The notes below the pieces were generated by a model. It ran no database searches. It saw only the letters and a program-made list of their open reading frames with translations, and was not told where the DNA came from. A stretch of DNA of 64,000 bases. Origin: an uncultured Verrucomicrobiae bacterium. Lineage in GTDB: Bacteria; Verrucomicrobiota; Verrucomicrobiia; Limisphaerales; Palsa-1400. The translations under genes and the position numbers were made by a program. Of this stretch, positions 18,661-29,732 are shown piece by piece. Numbering within the stretch: the first letter of the stretch is position 1; each line of letters starts with the position of its first letter. Location: positions 4,992,001 to 5,056,000 of the forward strand of contig OY969763.1 of the NCBI GenBank assembly GCA_963702845.1, written 5' to 3'.

Positions 18661-20382
18661 CTATTTGCGCAGTCGATACGACTTCACCGGAAGACCAACC
18701 GTATTATTCGTGGCCGTTACCTTGCCGCCAATAATCTGCGTCCCGTTCGTGTCGTTCGCCCAAACAGTGTTCGTGCTCAGCAAATTGGTCGCCGATTGCA
18801 AAAGAAAACCCGGCGCATTGGTCGTCCACGAAACCCGCACCGTGCTTGCATTAAGATTCGTCACGCCGAGGATCAGCGGTTCGATAAAGAACGTGCTGGA
18901 ATTCACATTACCACCAATCGTAAACACCGTGATTGGCCCAGTCGAGGCACCGAATGGAACGGTCGTGGTCAAAGAATTGGTAGTTGCACTAATGAGCGGC
19001 GCTTTTACGCCATTAAACTGTATATTCGTCACACCAAAAAAATTCGTTCCCAAAAGAGTCACATCAACCCCAATAACACCCGCTGGCGGATTGACTGAGG
19101 CAATCACCGGCGCTCCAAAAAACGCATCCAAACTTTGCACAGAGCCACCCGGTGTCGTCACAGTCACCTGCCCGCTCGTCGGCCCTCCTGGGACAATGGC
19201 GTTGATCTGCGTGTTCGCCACTACCGTGTAAGAGGTTGCATTGACTCCGCTGAACAGCACCGACGTCGCGTTCGTTAAATTGCTCCCAATAATCGTCACC
19301 GTCGCTCCAATCGCCGCAATCGTCGGCGAAATACTGGTAATCGTCGGCGGAAGGAAAAAATTTGTCGACGATGACGTCGTTCCATCGCTCGATTGCACCG
19401 TAATCGGCCCGGACGTCGCGCTGAACGGCACGAGCGCTTGGAGTTGGTTGAAGTTCGTCGACGTAATCAACGCCTGAGCTCCATTGAAACGCACCACCAA
19501 ACCGCTGCCGTTCAGGTTTGTGCCAACGATAGTGATTAACGTTCCGATGTTCCCCGCAAACGGCGAAAAGGACACAATATCCGGAAGCACAAAGAAATTT
19601 GTCGACGAGATGAAGTGCCCTCCCGGCGTAAACACGTGCAACACTCCAGTGGTCGCGTTCTCAGGAACCGTCGCCGTGATCTGCGTATTCGAATTGGTCG
19701 TATACACGATCGCATTGAGAGCACCAAATGCGACGTTCGTCACGCCAAAGAAGTTCGTGCCTTTGATGACAACATTTGTTCCTGGGCGGCAGTTCGCAGG
19801 CGAAAAACTCGTCGCCCCGGGCGGAAAATAAAACAGATTTGAACTCGTCCAAGCACCCGCGGCCGTCGTTGCGGTGAGTGGACCTGTCGTCGCACTGGCG
19901 GGAATGATGACCGTCAAGTGCTGATCATCCGTGGGTACGAAATACGATGCTCCTGTCCCGTTGAACTTGATCGTGCCCGCGCCGCTGGCAAAAGGGGTGA
20001 AATGCGCACCCGTGAGAGTTATTGAACTACCGACCGCCCCGCTTGCCGGGAAGCTCGCGATGTAAGGTCCAGCGCCAATGGTAGTAAATGAATCAGCACT
20101 GGTTCCGCTTGTGCCTCCTTTCTTCACGGTGATCGGCCCAGCCGCGGGCGTTCCTGACGGAACAAACGCATTAATCTGCGTGCCGAACTGATCAGCGACC
20201 GCGAACGCTGCAGCATGACCGTTGAAGTCAACTTCAGTCGCACCCGTAAACCCGGTGCCGGTAATATTCACAGGGTCGCCCGGTTGACCGTAGGCTGGAG
20301 AAAAACCAGTAATCGTCTGCCCACCCGCCGCAACGGCGAATAAACAGAGCGCGAACAGATAGCAAAAAGGACGAAGTTGCAC
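18661..20382 (-). CDS. Exported IPT/TIG-repeat protein (six domains) with Verrucomicrobia-type C-terminal 'YRL' domain
   Basis: Repeats 'I.SFSP..G..G..V.I.GTNF.....V.F.G'; start taken at GTG 20382 before the signal peptide. Confidence 0.88.
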   Translation of the reverse strand: MQLRPFCYLFALCLFAVAAGGQTITGFSPAYGQPGDPVNITGTGFTGATEVDFNGHAAAFAVADQFGTQINAFVPSGTPAAGPITVKKGGTSGTSADSFTTIGAGPYIASFPASGAVGSSITLTGAHFTPFASGAGTIKFNGTGASYFVPTDDQHLTVIIPASATTGPLTATTAAGAWTSSNLFYFPPGATSFSPANCRPGTNVVIKGTNFFGVTNVAFGALNAIVYTTNSNTQITATVPENATTGVLHVFTPGGHFISSTNFFVLPDIVSFSPFAGNIGTLITIVGTNLNGSGLVVRFNGAQALITSTNFNQLQALVPFSATSGPITVQSSDGTTSSSTNFFLPPTITSISPTIAAIGATVTIIGSNLTNATSVLFSGVNATSYTVVANTQINAIVPGGPTSGQVTVTTPGGSVQSLDAFFGAPVIASVNPPAGVIGVDVTLLGTNFFGVTNIQFNGVKAPLISATTNSLTTTVPFGASTGPITVFTIGGNVNSSTFFIEPLILGVTNLNASTVRVSWTTNAPGFLLQSATNLLSTNTVWANDTNGTQIIGGKVTATNNTVGLPVKSYRLRK

Positions 20383-20628
20383 GGTTGTGATGTCGTTTAA
20401 GGATTCAACCCACTCACCGATTTTTGTATCACGGCGGCCCATTTCGAACAAGCCGATTATGAGCAAATTCAACAAAGTGCGACGGACCAAATCCCTTGCA
20501 ACTCTCTGCGCCTTCGCTCCTTTGCATTGAAACCAATAATTCGAAACCCAACCTTCCTATCCCACTGATTATCAATGGAACACTCGCATTTCCTCTCACG
20601 GCAAGACTCCTGCTCTATCAACCCTGAG

Positions 20629-21318
20629 ATGCAATATTTGAAGAGCGATTTTTTCAGCGCCCTGAACATGAACTGGTTCGACCTTGCGGTCGTTGTCTGG
20701 TTGATCGTCGGTGTTTTCCGTGGACGCAAGCACGGCATGTCCCAAGAGCTGCTGCCGTTGACGCAATGGATCGCCTTCGTCGTAGTTGCCAGTCTCTTTT
20801 ACATCCAAATCGCGCACCCGCTCGCGCAACGCACCGGTCTCACCCTTTTGCCATGCGCCATCGCCACATACTGCTTCCTCGGTTGCCTGGTTTATGGTTT
20901 GCTCGGAAATCTTAAAAAGAAGCTCGACGACAAATTCCAGGAAGGCGATTACTTCGGCTCCGGTGAATACTATCTCGGCATGACCTCGGGCGTCATTCGT
21001 TTCATCTGCATTCTCATCGCTTTTTTAGCCGTAATGAATTCCCGCATCATCACCAAGGCCGAACGGGAGGCCACCCTCAAGATGCAGGAAAAAAACTTTG
21101 AAGGCGTTCGCTTCCCGACTTACGGCGAAGTCCAGAGCGCCGTGTTATTCGAATCGGCCACCGGCAATTTCGTCCGCGCTTATCTGCCGCACTTTCTCAT
21201 CGCACCCGTCAACGCAAACGACGCCCCCACGCCTCAACTCCTTCACGCCACTAGTAAGGCCGTGGCAAAATCCACCACCAGCAACGACGGCGGCCTGAAA
21301 ATCACCTTCGCGAAATAA
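20629..21318 (+). CDS. CvpA family membrane protein
   Basis: 'NWFDLAVVVWLIVGVFRGRKHGMSQEL' N-terminus, four TM segments, 'LGMTSGVIR'. Confidence 0.8.
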   Translation: MQYLKSDFFSALNMNWFDLAVVVWLIVGVFRGRKHGMSQELLPLTQWIAFVVVASLFYIQIAHPLAQRTGLTLLPCAIATYCFLGCLVYGLLGNLKKKLDDKFQEGDYFGSGEYYLGMTSGVIRFICILIAFLAVMNSRIITKAEREATLKMQEKNFEGVRFPTYGEVQSAVLFESATGNFVRAYLPHFLIAPVNANDAPTPQLLHATSKAVAKSTTSNDGGLKITFAK

Positions 21319-21477
21319 TCGTCACACGCGATTCTTTCCTCCTGTCGGCAAGTATCGGCAGTCATCTTTTCCCATTCAGTTTCCGTCGATGGTTACTTCC
21401 ACCTAACCAAAAAATGGCGCGACAATGCCAAAATACGGCTTTTGCCCTAACCGCTCCATGTTATCTTCATTCACACT

Positions 21478-22638
21478 GTGAAGAGAAAGTTATCTGGAAC
21501 TGCGTTGATCGTCTTTGTCAGCGGATTGGCATTATTCGCGCGTGACGACATTCGCACCTATACCATCCCCAAAGAACGTCCCTCGTCACAAGCTCAAGCC
21601 GAAGCTCCCACCTCGCAGGCTGAATCCTCTGCCCCTGTTAAATGGACCGCCCCGAGCGGTTGGCAGGAACGCGCCCCCGGCAACATGGTCATCGGCAGTC
21701 TCGCTGTTCCCGGCAAAGACGGCAAAAGCGCCGATGTCAGCATCACCACTTTCCCAGGCGACGTCGGCGGCGAATTGGCCAACCTGAATCGTTGGCGCAC
21801 TCAACTCGGCCTGCCCCCGGTTTCCGACCCCGGCAAGAGCGAAGCACTCACTGTTGGCGGCGAGACCGGCAAGCTTTACGAACTGAGCAACGATAACGCG
21901 AGCATCTTCGTCGCTTCGATTCCTCGCAACGGTGCAACCTGGTTCTTTAAACTCAAAGGCGACAAAGAAACTGTCGAGAGTTCCAAACCCGCTTTCCGCG
22001 AATTTTTGAAGTCCATCCAATTTACCGATTCCGGTGAGACCGCCAGCGCAGCAGACCCCCATGGTGCATTGGCGAATGTTCCGGCCAACGGTGCCGACCC
22101 TCACGCTGGGCTTAACATCCCGGCTGTGACGGACGCCTCCGACCCGCATGCGGGCGTCGCCAAGCCAGATGGCGATCCGCATGCAGGACTCGGCACAACG
22201 CCTGACGCCGACAGCACTGGTCCCAAGATGGACATCCCGTCCAACTGGACGGAAAAACCGGCCGGCCAAATGGTGCTTAAGAGTTACAGCGTTGCCGGCT
22301 CGAAAGGCGGACAGGCGACCGTCGCCATCAGCACCTTCCCCGGCGATGTCGGTGGCAAACTGCCCAACGTAAATCGTTGGTGCCGCCAGATGGGCAAACC
22401 CGAAGTCGATGATTCTCAGCTAAATACCGTCGCCCCAGCTTTCGAAACACAAGGCGGCACCGGCTATTCCGTCGATATCGACGGCACTGACGTCAAAACC
22501 GGCAAACCCGCGCACCTCGTTGCCGTCGCCGTCCCGCACGACGGAAACACCTGGTTTTACAAATTCTTGGGCGACAAGGACACAGTTAAAGAATCGAAGG
22601 CCGCCTTCTTGAAATTCGTCAAAAGTGTGCGCTACTAA
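21478..22638 (+). CDS. Exported two-domain protein with DPHxG linker repeats, first gene of the cytochrome c maturation operon
   Basis: Duplicated domain 'P..W.E.....M...S........V.I.TFPGDVGG.L.N.NRW..Q.G....TWF.K..GDK.TV..SK.AF..F.KS'; four DPH(A/G) motifs between the copies. Confidence 0.8.
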   Translation: MKRKLSGTALIVFVSGLALFARDDIRTYTIPKERPSSQAQAEAPTSQAESSAPVKWTAPSGWQERAPGNMVIGSLAVPGKDGKSADVSITTFPGDVGGELANLNRWRTQLGLPPVSDPGKSEALTVGGETGKLYELSNDNASIFVASIPRNGATWFFKLKGDKETVESSKPAFREFLKSIQFTDSGETASAADPHGALANVPANGADPHAGLNIPAVTDASDPHAGVAKPDGDPHAGLGTTPDADSTGPKMDIPSNWTEKPAGQMVLKSYSVAGSKGGQATVAISTFPGDVGGKLPNVNRWCRQMGKPEVDDSQLNTVAPAFETQGGTGYSVDIDGTDVKTGKPAHLVAVAVPHDGNTWFYKFLGDKDTVKESKAAFLKFVKSVRY

Positions 22639-22711
22639 GCCGGTATTTTAGGTAAGGCATGTGCGACCCGGAAATTCCGGCTCCGCGTGCCCGATAAGTT
22701 GAAACAAATTT

Positions 22712-23980
22712 GTGAACAAGCTGCTAAAGATCCTGACATCCATCCGGCTAACCGTCATCTGCCTGTGCTTCGGCATCGCGCTCGTATTCATCGGCACGAT
22801 CGCTCAGGTCGATGAGGGCCTTTATCAGGCGCAAAACCGTTATTTCCGCAGCTTGTTGATTTGGTGGTCGCCCGGTGATAGTCATCTCCATATTCCCATT
22901 TTTCCCGGCGGTTACCTGGTCGGTGGCCTACTTTTGGCGAACCTCATCGCCGCGCACGTCACACGCTTCAAACTCAGCAAACACAAAATCGGTATCTTGC
23001 TCACGCACTTCGGTTTGATCCTGTTGTTTGTCGGCCAATTCGCCACCGACCTATTCTCTCACGAAAGCGCCATGCGCCTAACTGAAGGCGAGTCGAAGAA
23101 CTTTTCCGAAGCGTTTCGCTCGACTGAATTGGCGTTGGTCGACACCTCCGACGCAAACAGCGATCGAGTTTATGCCGTCTCTGATTCGTTGCTGGAGAAA
23201 AAGAAAACAATCCAGAGCGATAAATTGCCCGTGACAGTCAACGTGAAGAACTATTGGCCGAACGCGACCTTATTCCGCACGCCCGCTATCGCCACCAACA
23301 TTCCCAAAGGAACGATTCTCCCGAAAGACCTCGGCGTCACCGGTGGCGATCTCGACGGTTACTGCGTTCTTCCGCAAGCTCCCGTTACCGACACCGAACA
23401 TCGCAACATCCCGGCGGCGCTGGTCGAATTTGCCGAAGGCGACAAGCCGCTCGGCACATATCTCGTCACTGCCGCGCTTGACGCCAACCAACCGCTCAGC
23501 GTCAACGGCAAGTCCTACGAAGTCTCCCTGCGTTTCGAACGGGAATATTATCCGTTCAGCCTCACCTTGCTCAAAGCGACGCATGAACAATATAAAGGCA
23601 CGGACATCCCGAAGAATTTTGCCAGTCGCGTGCGCATTGAAAATCCTGAAAAACATGAAGCGCGCGAAACCGTCATTTACATGAACAACCCGCTGCGTTA
23701 CGCCGGCCTGACCTTTTTCCAATTTCAAATGGAAGCAGCGGAAATGCACCAAGCCGGCCAAGCATCGTCGACGTTCCAGGTCGTCCGCAATCCAAGCTGG
23801 TTGACGCCGTATCTCGCCTGCATCCTCGTCGCGCTCGGGCTGATCATCCAATTCATGACGCACCTTTTCAAGTTCGCCACCAAACGCCGCGCTCCAGCGG
23901 CAGAAAACGCAAAGACGCAAAGAGGCAAAGACGCGAAGAAGGAAAAGGTTAACGTTGCGCAGGAGGTTTCACTTTCATGA
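22712..23980 (+). CDS. Cytochrome c biogenesis protein ResB/CcsB family
   Basis: 'S.RLTV...IGTIAQV', 'GILLTHFG', 'PKNFASRV', 'IYMNNPLRYAGLTFFQ'. Confidence 0.85.
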   Translation: MNKLLKILTSIRLTVICLCFGIALVFIGTIAQVDEGLYQAQNRYFRSLLIWWSPGDSHLHIPIFPGGYLVGGLLLANLIAAHVTRFKLSKHKIGILLTHFGLILLFVGQFATDLFSHESAMRLTEGESKNFSEAFRSTELALVDTSDANSDRVYAVSDSLLEKKKTIQSDKLPVTVNVKNYWPNATLFRTPAIATNIPKGTILPKDLGVTGGDLDGYCVLPQAPVTDTEHRNIPAALVEFAEGDKPLGTYLVTAALDANQPLSVNGKSYEVSLRFEREYYPFSLTLLKATHEQYKGTDIPKNFASRVRIENPEKHEARETVIYMNNPLRYAGLTFFQFQMEAAEMHQAGQASSTFQVVRNPSWLTPYLACILVALGLIIQFMTHLFKFATKRRAPAAENAKTQRGKDAKKEKVNVAQEVSLS

Positions 23981-26061
23981 CAAACGACAATCAAACTACC
24001 TCTGCTTCGCGCCTCGGCGCCATTGCGTTGAAAATTTTGCCATGGTGTTTTTTCGCATTGTTCGCGACCGAAATTATTGTCGTGTTCGGGCCAAAGAGCG
24101 ACAAAGCCGGTTTTAAAACGCGCGAGTTCGGTGCGTTGCCTGTGTCTGTTCAATGGTCGTATTCAGCCCTTCGATTCCGTTGGCCTCAATTCCCTGCGCC
24201 AAATCCGCAGCACCAGCGACGTCCCGCTGGAATACGTTACGAATAAACTCGGCGTCGTGGAGGAAGTTCCGGGTTGGAAATTCTGGCACCATCCGAAAAA
24301 GCTGAAATCCACCGAATGGTTGATGGAAGTGATGTTCAAATCGGAACAGGCCGATGAGCGTCCGATTTTCCTCATCCACCATCCAGACATTTCTGGCCGA
24401 ATTGAAACTCGGCGACAAAGGCATCGAAAATTCCGGCCTGCGCTATTACACGTTCAATCAGCTCAAGCCGCTGATGATCGGAAATCTGGGATCAAGCCGG
24501 CCTGGCATATCAAGCCGACGAAAAGCAACGGTCTCCACTGCAGAAGCAGGTCATCAAGCTGCAAAACGCGCTTTTCCTCTATGAAAACTTGAAGGTCGCC
24601 ATCGTGCCGCCCTATTTCGACGATTTTGCCGCTGCAATATAAGAGCTGGGAGAAAACGATCCGCGCCCGGGCATGGCCGCCATCGAAGCGCAACAAGCCC
24701 ACAAAACTTACGACACCAATGCACTGGAACATTCTGGATGCCGGTCAGCGCCGCCTAGGCAGTTCTCCACCAACCAATATGCCGGCCGTTATTACCCAAT
24801 GGTGGTTCCGCCACCGGACCCCAACCGAACCGCGATAACTGGGGCAACATCGGTCAAAGGCTTCCTTGACGTCGCCAGCGAAAAGAACCGCGGTTATCAA
24901 CCCGTCCGCAACTTCGCCACCATGGCCACCGCTTATAGCAAGGCGACACTGCCGAATTCAACAAAGCGCTCGTCGAATACAAGAGCTGGTTGCAGCAAAA
25001 ATTCGCGCCTGAAGTTAAAAAGGGTAGCGAAGAGTTTTATCTTCAACGACACCAAGCCATTCCTGCACGCGACGATCATTTACATTTTCGCGTTTGTGCT
25101 CGCCGGATTTTCGTTGCTGACGTTCTCGGCATTGCGCCGACTTTCGGAATCGCTGCGCAAATCGTCGTTTTATCTCGTCATGCTCGCGGGCGTCGTTCAT
25201 ACGTTCGGCCTGATTTTCCGTATGTATCTGGAAGGCCGGCCGCCGGTCACCAATCTTTATTCGTCCGCGATTTTCATCGGTTGGGGTGCGATGATTCTCG
25301 GCCTTGTCCTGGAACGAATTTATCGCGTCGGCATCGGCGTCGCAGTGGCGTCGTTGCCGGTTTCATCACATTGCTGATCGCCCACAACCTCGCCCTCGGC
25401 GGCGACACAATGGAAATGATGCGCGCCGTGCTCGATACCAATTTCTGGCTCGCGACCCATGTCGTTGTCGTCACGCTCGGTTACGCCTCCACCTTCGTCG
25501 CCGGTTTCCTCGCGATCGTTTACGTCGCTCTCGGCTGGACCACGCGCTTGCTCGCGCCAAACGCCGCCGCGACACGCGCTCCGTCCGGAGCCGCCGATTC
25601 CACCGGACCTCGGCAAATCACTGGCCAAAATGGTTTACGGCATCGTCTGCTTCGCCACGTTATTCAGCTTCGTCGGAACCGTTCTCGGCGGCATCTGGGC
25701 CGACCAATCGTGGGGCCGTTTCTGGGGCTGGGATCCGAAAGAAAACGGCGCGCTCATCATCGTCCTCTGGAACGCGCTCATCCTCCACGCCCGCTGGGGC
25801 GGCATGGTTCGCGAACGCGGCCTGATGGCGATGGCCATCTTCGGCAACATCGTGACGAGCTTGTCCTGGTTCGGCGTGAACATGCTCGGCGTCGGCCTCC
25901 ACTCCTACGGTTTCATGGACCAGGCGTTCTGGTGGCTGATCGCCTTTGATATCAGCCAATTGTTACTCATCGTGATGACAGTCATCCCGACGCATTACTG
26001 GAAGAGTTTCAAACGTGATGACGGAACAGGTCCAGCGCTGACAACACCAGCCGCTGCATAG
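23977..26061 (+). CDS. ccsA: Cytochrome c biogenesis protein CcsA (System II); broken by many frameshifts, probably sequence errors
   Basis: Fragments in several frames: NGRIQPFDS, GRPPVTNLYSS, LDTNFWLATHV, GGIWADQSWGRFWGWDPKE (WWD), GVGLHSYGF. Confidence 0.85.
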
Positions 26062-26188
26062 CACTAGCGCGATTCGACGACTCTTGAAATGACAACCAAG
26101 CGCGGGCCGCGCTAAATTTTCGTCGTGAACTGATTACTGCTCACCGGTTACTGCTTACTTCCTTTTTCCCCATTTCCTCGTATCTTCT

Positions 26189-27272
26189 GTGGCTATGGCC
26201 AAAACCCGCGTCGTCATTGGGATGAGCGGCGGCGTTGATTCGTCCGCTGCGGCAGCCTTGCTTTTCGAGCAGGGCTATGACGTCGTCGGCATCACTCTCA
26301 AGCTGTGGCCGCAGGATTGCGTCTCTCGTGCCGAAGACAAATGTTGCGGCCCGCAAGCGGTCACGGACGCTCGCAGCGTCTGTCACAAGCTCGGCATTCC
26401 TTACTATCTCATCGACGAAGCCGACGCGTTCCAAAAGCAGGTCATCGCGTATTTCGCTGAGGAATACAAAGCCGGCCGCACGCCAAACCCTTGCGTCATG
26501 TGCAATGAAAAGTTGAAGTTCGGCGCGTTGCTCGACCGCGCCCGCCAACTCGGCGGCGATTTCATCGCAACCGGCCATTTCGCCCGCGTGGAAAAAAATG
26601 CCGAAGGCTCCCGCACCCTGTTGAAACGCGGCCTCGATCCGCGCAAAGACCAAAGCTATTTCCTTTTCTCGCTGCGACAGGACCAACTTGCGCACGCCAT
26701 GTTTCCGCTCGGTTTTAAGACGAAGCAGGACACGCGCGAAGTGGCCCGGCACTGCAATCTCAAGACCGCCGACAAAGAAGAGAGCATGGAAATTTGTTTC
26801 GTGCCGGACAACGATTACGGCGCGTTTCTTTCAAAAGCGAACCTCGTCCAACCGCACAAGGTGAAATCGTTGACCTGCAGGGCCGCATTCTCGGTCATCA
26901 CAAGGGAATTGAGTTTTACACCATCGGCCAGCGCAAAGGCCTCGGCATCACATCGCCGAAACCCTTTATGTCATCGAACTCGACGCCGCAAACAACCGCG
27001 TCGTCGTCGGTGATGACTCAGCTTTGGATCGCGATGAATTTGTGATCGAACGTTGCAACTGGATTCCATTCGAGAATCCGCCGGCGCAAATCGAAGCGAC
27101 GGCGAAAATTCGTTACAATCACCCTGGCGCGCCGGCGACAATTACTCCGCTCGACGACGGCAAAGCAAAAGTGAAGATGCACACTATTCAACGCGCGATC
27201 ACGCCCGGGCAGGCGTGTGTGTTGTATCAGGACGACCTAGTGGTCGGCGGCGGTTGGATTGCTCGCGGTTAA
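26189..27272 (+). CDS. mnmA: tRNA 2-thiouridylase MnmA (CxxC type); two frameshifts near 26860 and 26960
   Basis: [62 protein letters not shown] across three ORFs. Confidence 0.93.
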
Positions 27273-27371
27273 AACAATCGCGCCCGCCACGCCAAGCTTT
27301 GGACGTGGTACATTGGGGTCGGACGATTTCCAACGAAATAGGGCTCCTGTGCTTCCGAAGTGGGCATCGAC

Positions 27372-28764
27372 TCACTGATTTTCTTTCCCGTCCGACTTTT
27401 TCATCAGAATATTTTTGCGACATGTGCACGAAACGACCACGCCGCCACCAGCACGCGGTTTGATGGACGCCGTTCCGCCGATCATTCGCGCGCGATGTTG
27501 AATGACGCGCAGTCCCATGCCGGTATTTCGCGGTCCGTTCTTAGGCAACCCGCAGCCGTTATCCTGGATGCGTAACACGACACCCGACGTCGTCACCTTC
27601 AACGAAATCAAAATTTCATTCGCCTTGCCGTGCTTGATCGCATTCGTCGTCGCCTCCTGCGCGATGCGATACAAATGCACCGCAACCGCATTGTCGGCGA
27701 TCCGAATATCGGGATCGCACTTGAACTCGCACTTCACGTTGAAGAACGTCTGCATGTTTTCGGCCAATTGCTGCAGCGCCGTATCGATGTCGTTACTTTC
27801 CAGAACCGTCGGGCACAATCCACGCGACATCCGACGCGCTTGCACCAACGCATCATTGATCAAGCTCGCGATCGTCCCGGCATCCGACGCCTCTTCGCGA
27901 CCGCGCGCTTCCAAGCGGTTCTGGAGCGTCTTGGCCATGAAAGCAATTCCGGTCAGAGCCTGGCCCAGGCCGTCGTGGAGATCCTGGCCGATGCGCCGCT
28001 GCTCGCGCTCGCTCACCTGTTGGATTTCGCGCTCAAGATCGCGACTCTCCGTCACGTCGCGCAAAATGCTCAGATTCAAATCCGCCGCCAATTTGCTTGC
28101 CGAAAACTCGATGTAACGCCGTTCCCCATTAGCGCGGCAAACCGACAATTCACCCAATCCATCCTCGCGATGATCCGTGCGAACCTCTTCGGCGTTCAGC
28201 ACCAGGTCCGACCACTTCATCTTGAGCAACCGGTCGCGCGAAGCCCCGAGCAACTTGCACGCGGCGCCGTTGACTTCCACGAATTGCCCATGGTCATCCG
28301 AAATCAAAATCGCATCCATGCTGCGTTCGAACAGCAAACGAAAGCGCTCATTGCTTCGCTGCAATGCGTGAAACGTCGCCGCCTGCTGCACCGAATAGCG
28401 GATCGAACGTTCCAGCACGGTCGGGTCCAGCTTATCTTTCAGCAAATAATCCGCCGCACCGAGTTCAGCCGCCTGCGCGTCGACTTCCGGATCAACCGCT
28501 CCCGTCAGCATGATAATGGGCGCCGACAATCCGAAGTCATTCGCCTCACGCAGCAAATCCAAGCCCGTTTTGGCCCCGAGATAATGGTCGAGCAGATAAA
28601 CGTCGTGCCGCTGCTCGCGCATTTTGGCGAGGCCCTCCTCGTAATTCCCAGACCATTCGATTTCGTACAGTTTTTCCGGGAATGTTCCTCAGCATCCGAC
28701 GCAGAAGAATCGAAAAAACCTCTTCGTCATCGATCAGCAGAACGCGTAAAGGTGGGTGCTCCAT
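27372..28764 (-). CDS. Receiver-PAS-HisKA_3 sensor histidine kinase; frameshift near 28670
   Basis: VLLIDDEE...YLLDHYL REC domain; PAS; EQRRIGQDLHDGLGQ; YRIAQEATTNAIKHG; DNGCG; GMGL. Confidence 0.88.
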
Positions 28765-28980
28765 CGCAAAAGAAATATTTTAAGTTTAAATCAGGACATC
28801 AACATCGGGACATCAGATGCTCAAGTACCTCCTACAGGCACCTGAAAAATTTGCAACCCGACCTTTGCGTAAGTGAAAACATTGGCCACGTTAATGGTCA
28901 CGGACGCGGTCCGGGTATTCGGTTGGTTGTGAGGATATTATCCATGTCGCAAAACAACGCTTCAAGGGAAATCGCCCCTC

Positions 28981-29066
28981 GAACCGCGTAGCGGTTCTTG
29001 AAGGTAGCCGTGGGTTTTAACCACGAATGAGACGTCAAAAGAGGGTTGTGTCGCGTAGCGACACAT
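28981..29066. repeat. REP/REPIN-like palindromic cluster (CGCGTAGCG cores)
   Basis: gaaccgCGTAgcggttc, gaaggtagccgtgggttttaaccacg, tgtgtcgCGTAgcgacaca. Confidence 0.65.
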
Positions 29067-29159
29067 GAACCCGAAAAAACCGAAACATACCCACTGCATG
29101 TGGCTAACCGGGGCTGGCTTCAATGGCTATCCCCTATCATGTGGTGCGCGCAAAAAAAC

Positions 29160-29558
29160 GATTTTGGAAGGGCTGTAAGCCGAATTTTGTCTGAACTCTT
29201 GCGAGTCGAGAGAATCATTTGTCTCAGCAGCCGATACCCGGGACCTGTCCCGCTTTCGCGGAACTCAGAGCGGGCCGCTCCAGGGTCCCCTATTTGGCCT
29301 TGCACCCGATGGGGTTTTCCGTGCCACTGCCATTACTGGCAGCGCGGTGGGCTCTTACCCCACCTTTTCACCCTTACCGGCGCATTGCTGCACCGGCGGT
29401 TTATTTTCTGTGGCACTTTCCGTCAACGCAGCCTCACGACTGCATTGCCCGCGTGTATCCCGGAATCAAGTTCCAGGTTACGCGGCATCGCGCCCTCTAG
29501 TGTTCGGACTTTCCTCCCCGTCCTTGCGGACAGAGCGATCCTCCACCCTTCCAAAATC
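29160..29558 (-). ncRNA. rnpB: RNase P RNA (type A)
   Basis: Minus strand has GAGGAAAGTCC near the 5' end and ACAAAATTCGGCTTA near the 3' end; ends pair (gattttggaaggg/cccttccaaaatc). Confidence 0.96.
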
Positions 29559-29732
29559 ACGCACATCATACCGCGAATCCCCCTCTTTACAAGACGCCCT
29601 GCCGACCAGAAGCCAACATGCTCGAACACTCCCGCGTTTACTGTAAAACATTTTCATGCTTTCCCCGATAGGTCGTTTGCTTGTCTGTATTTAGTAAGTG
29701 AGGACAATGGGGTCGCGCCAACCATCCCAAAT

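Noticed and set aside
22656..22692. Hairpin between the DPHxG gene and resB as a riboswitch
   Set aside because: Simple stem-loop with no aptamer features; probably an mRNA stability or processing element.
23977..27272. Programmed frameshifting in ccsA or mnmA
   Set aside because: Too many breaks at unrelated contexts; better explained by indel error.
27630..28991. 453-aa plus-strand ORF and similar long shadow ORFs (8975-9949, 34843-35856, 43569-44885)
   Set aside because: Antisense to well-supported genes, with no recognisable motifs.
29046..29732. N-terminal 229 codons of the 889-aa ORF
   Set aside because: Antisense read-through of rnpB and REP DNA; the receptor signal peptide starts at 29733.
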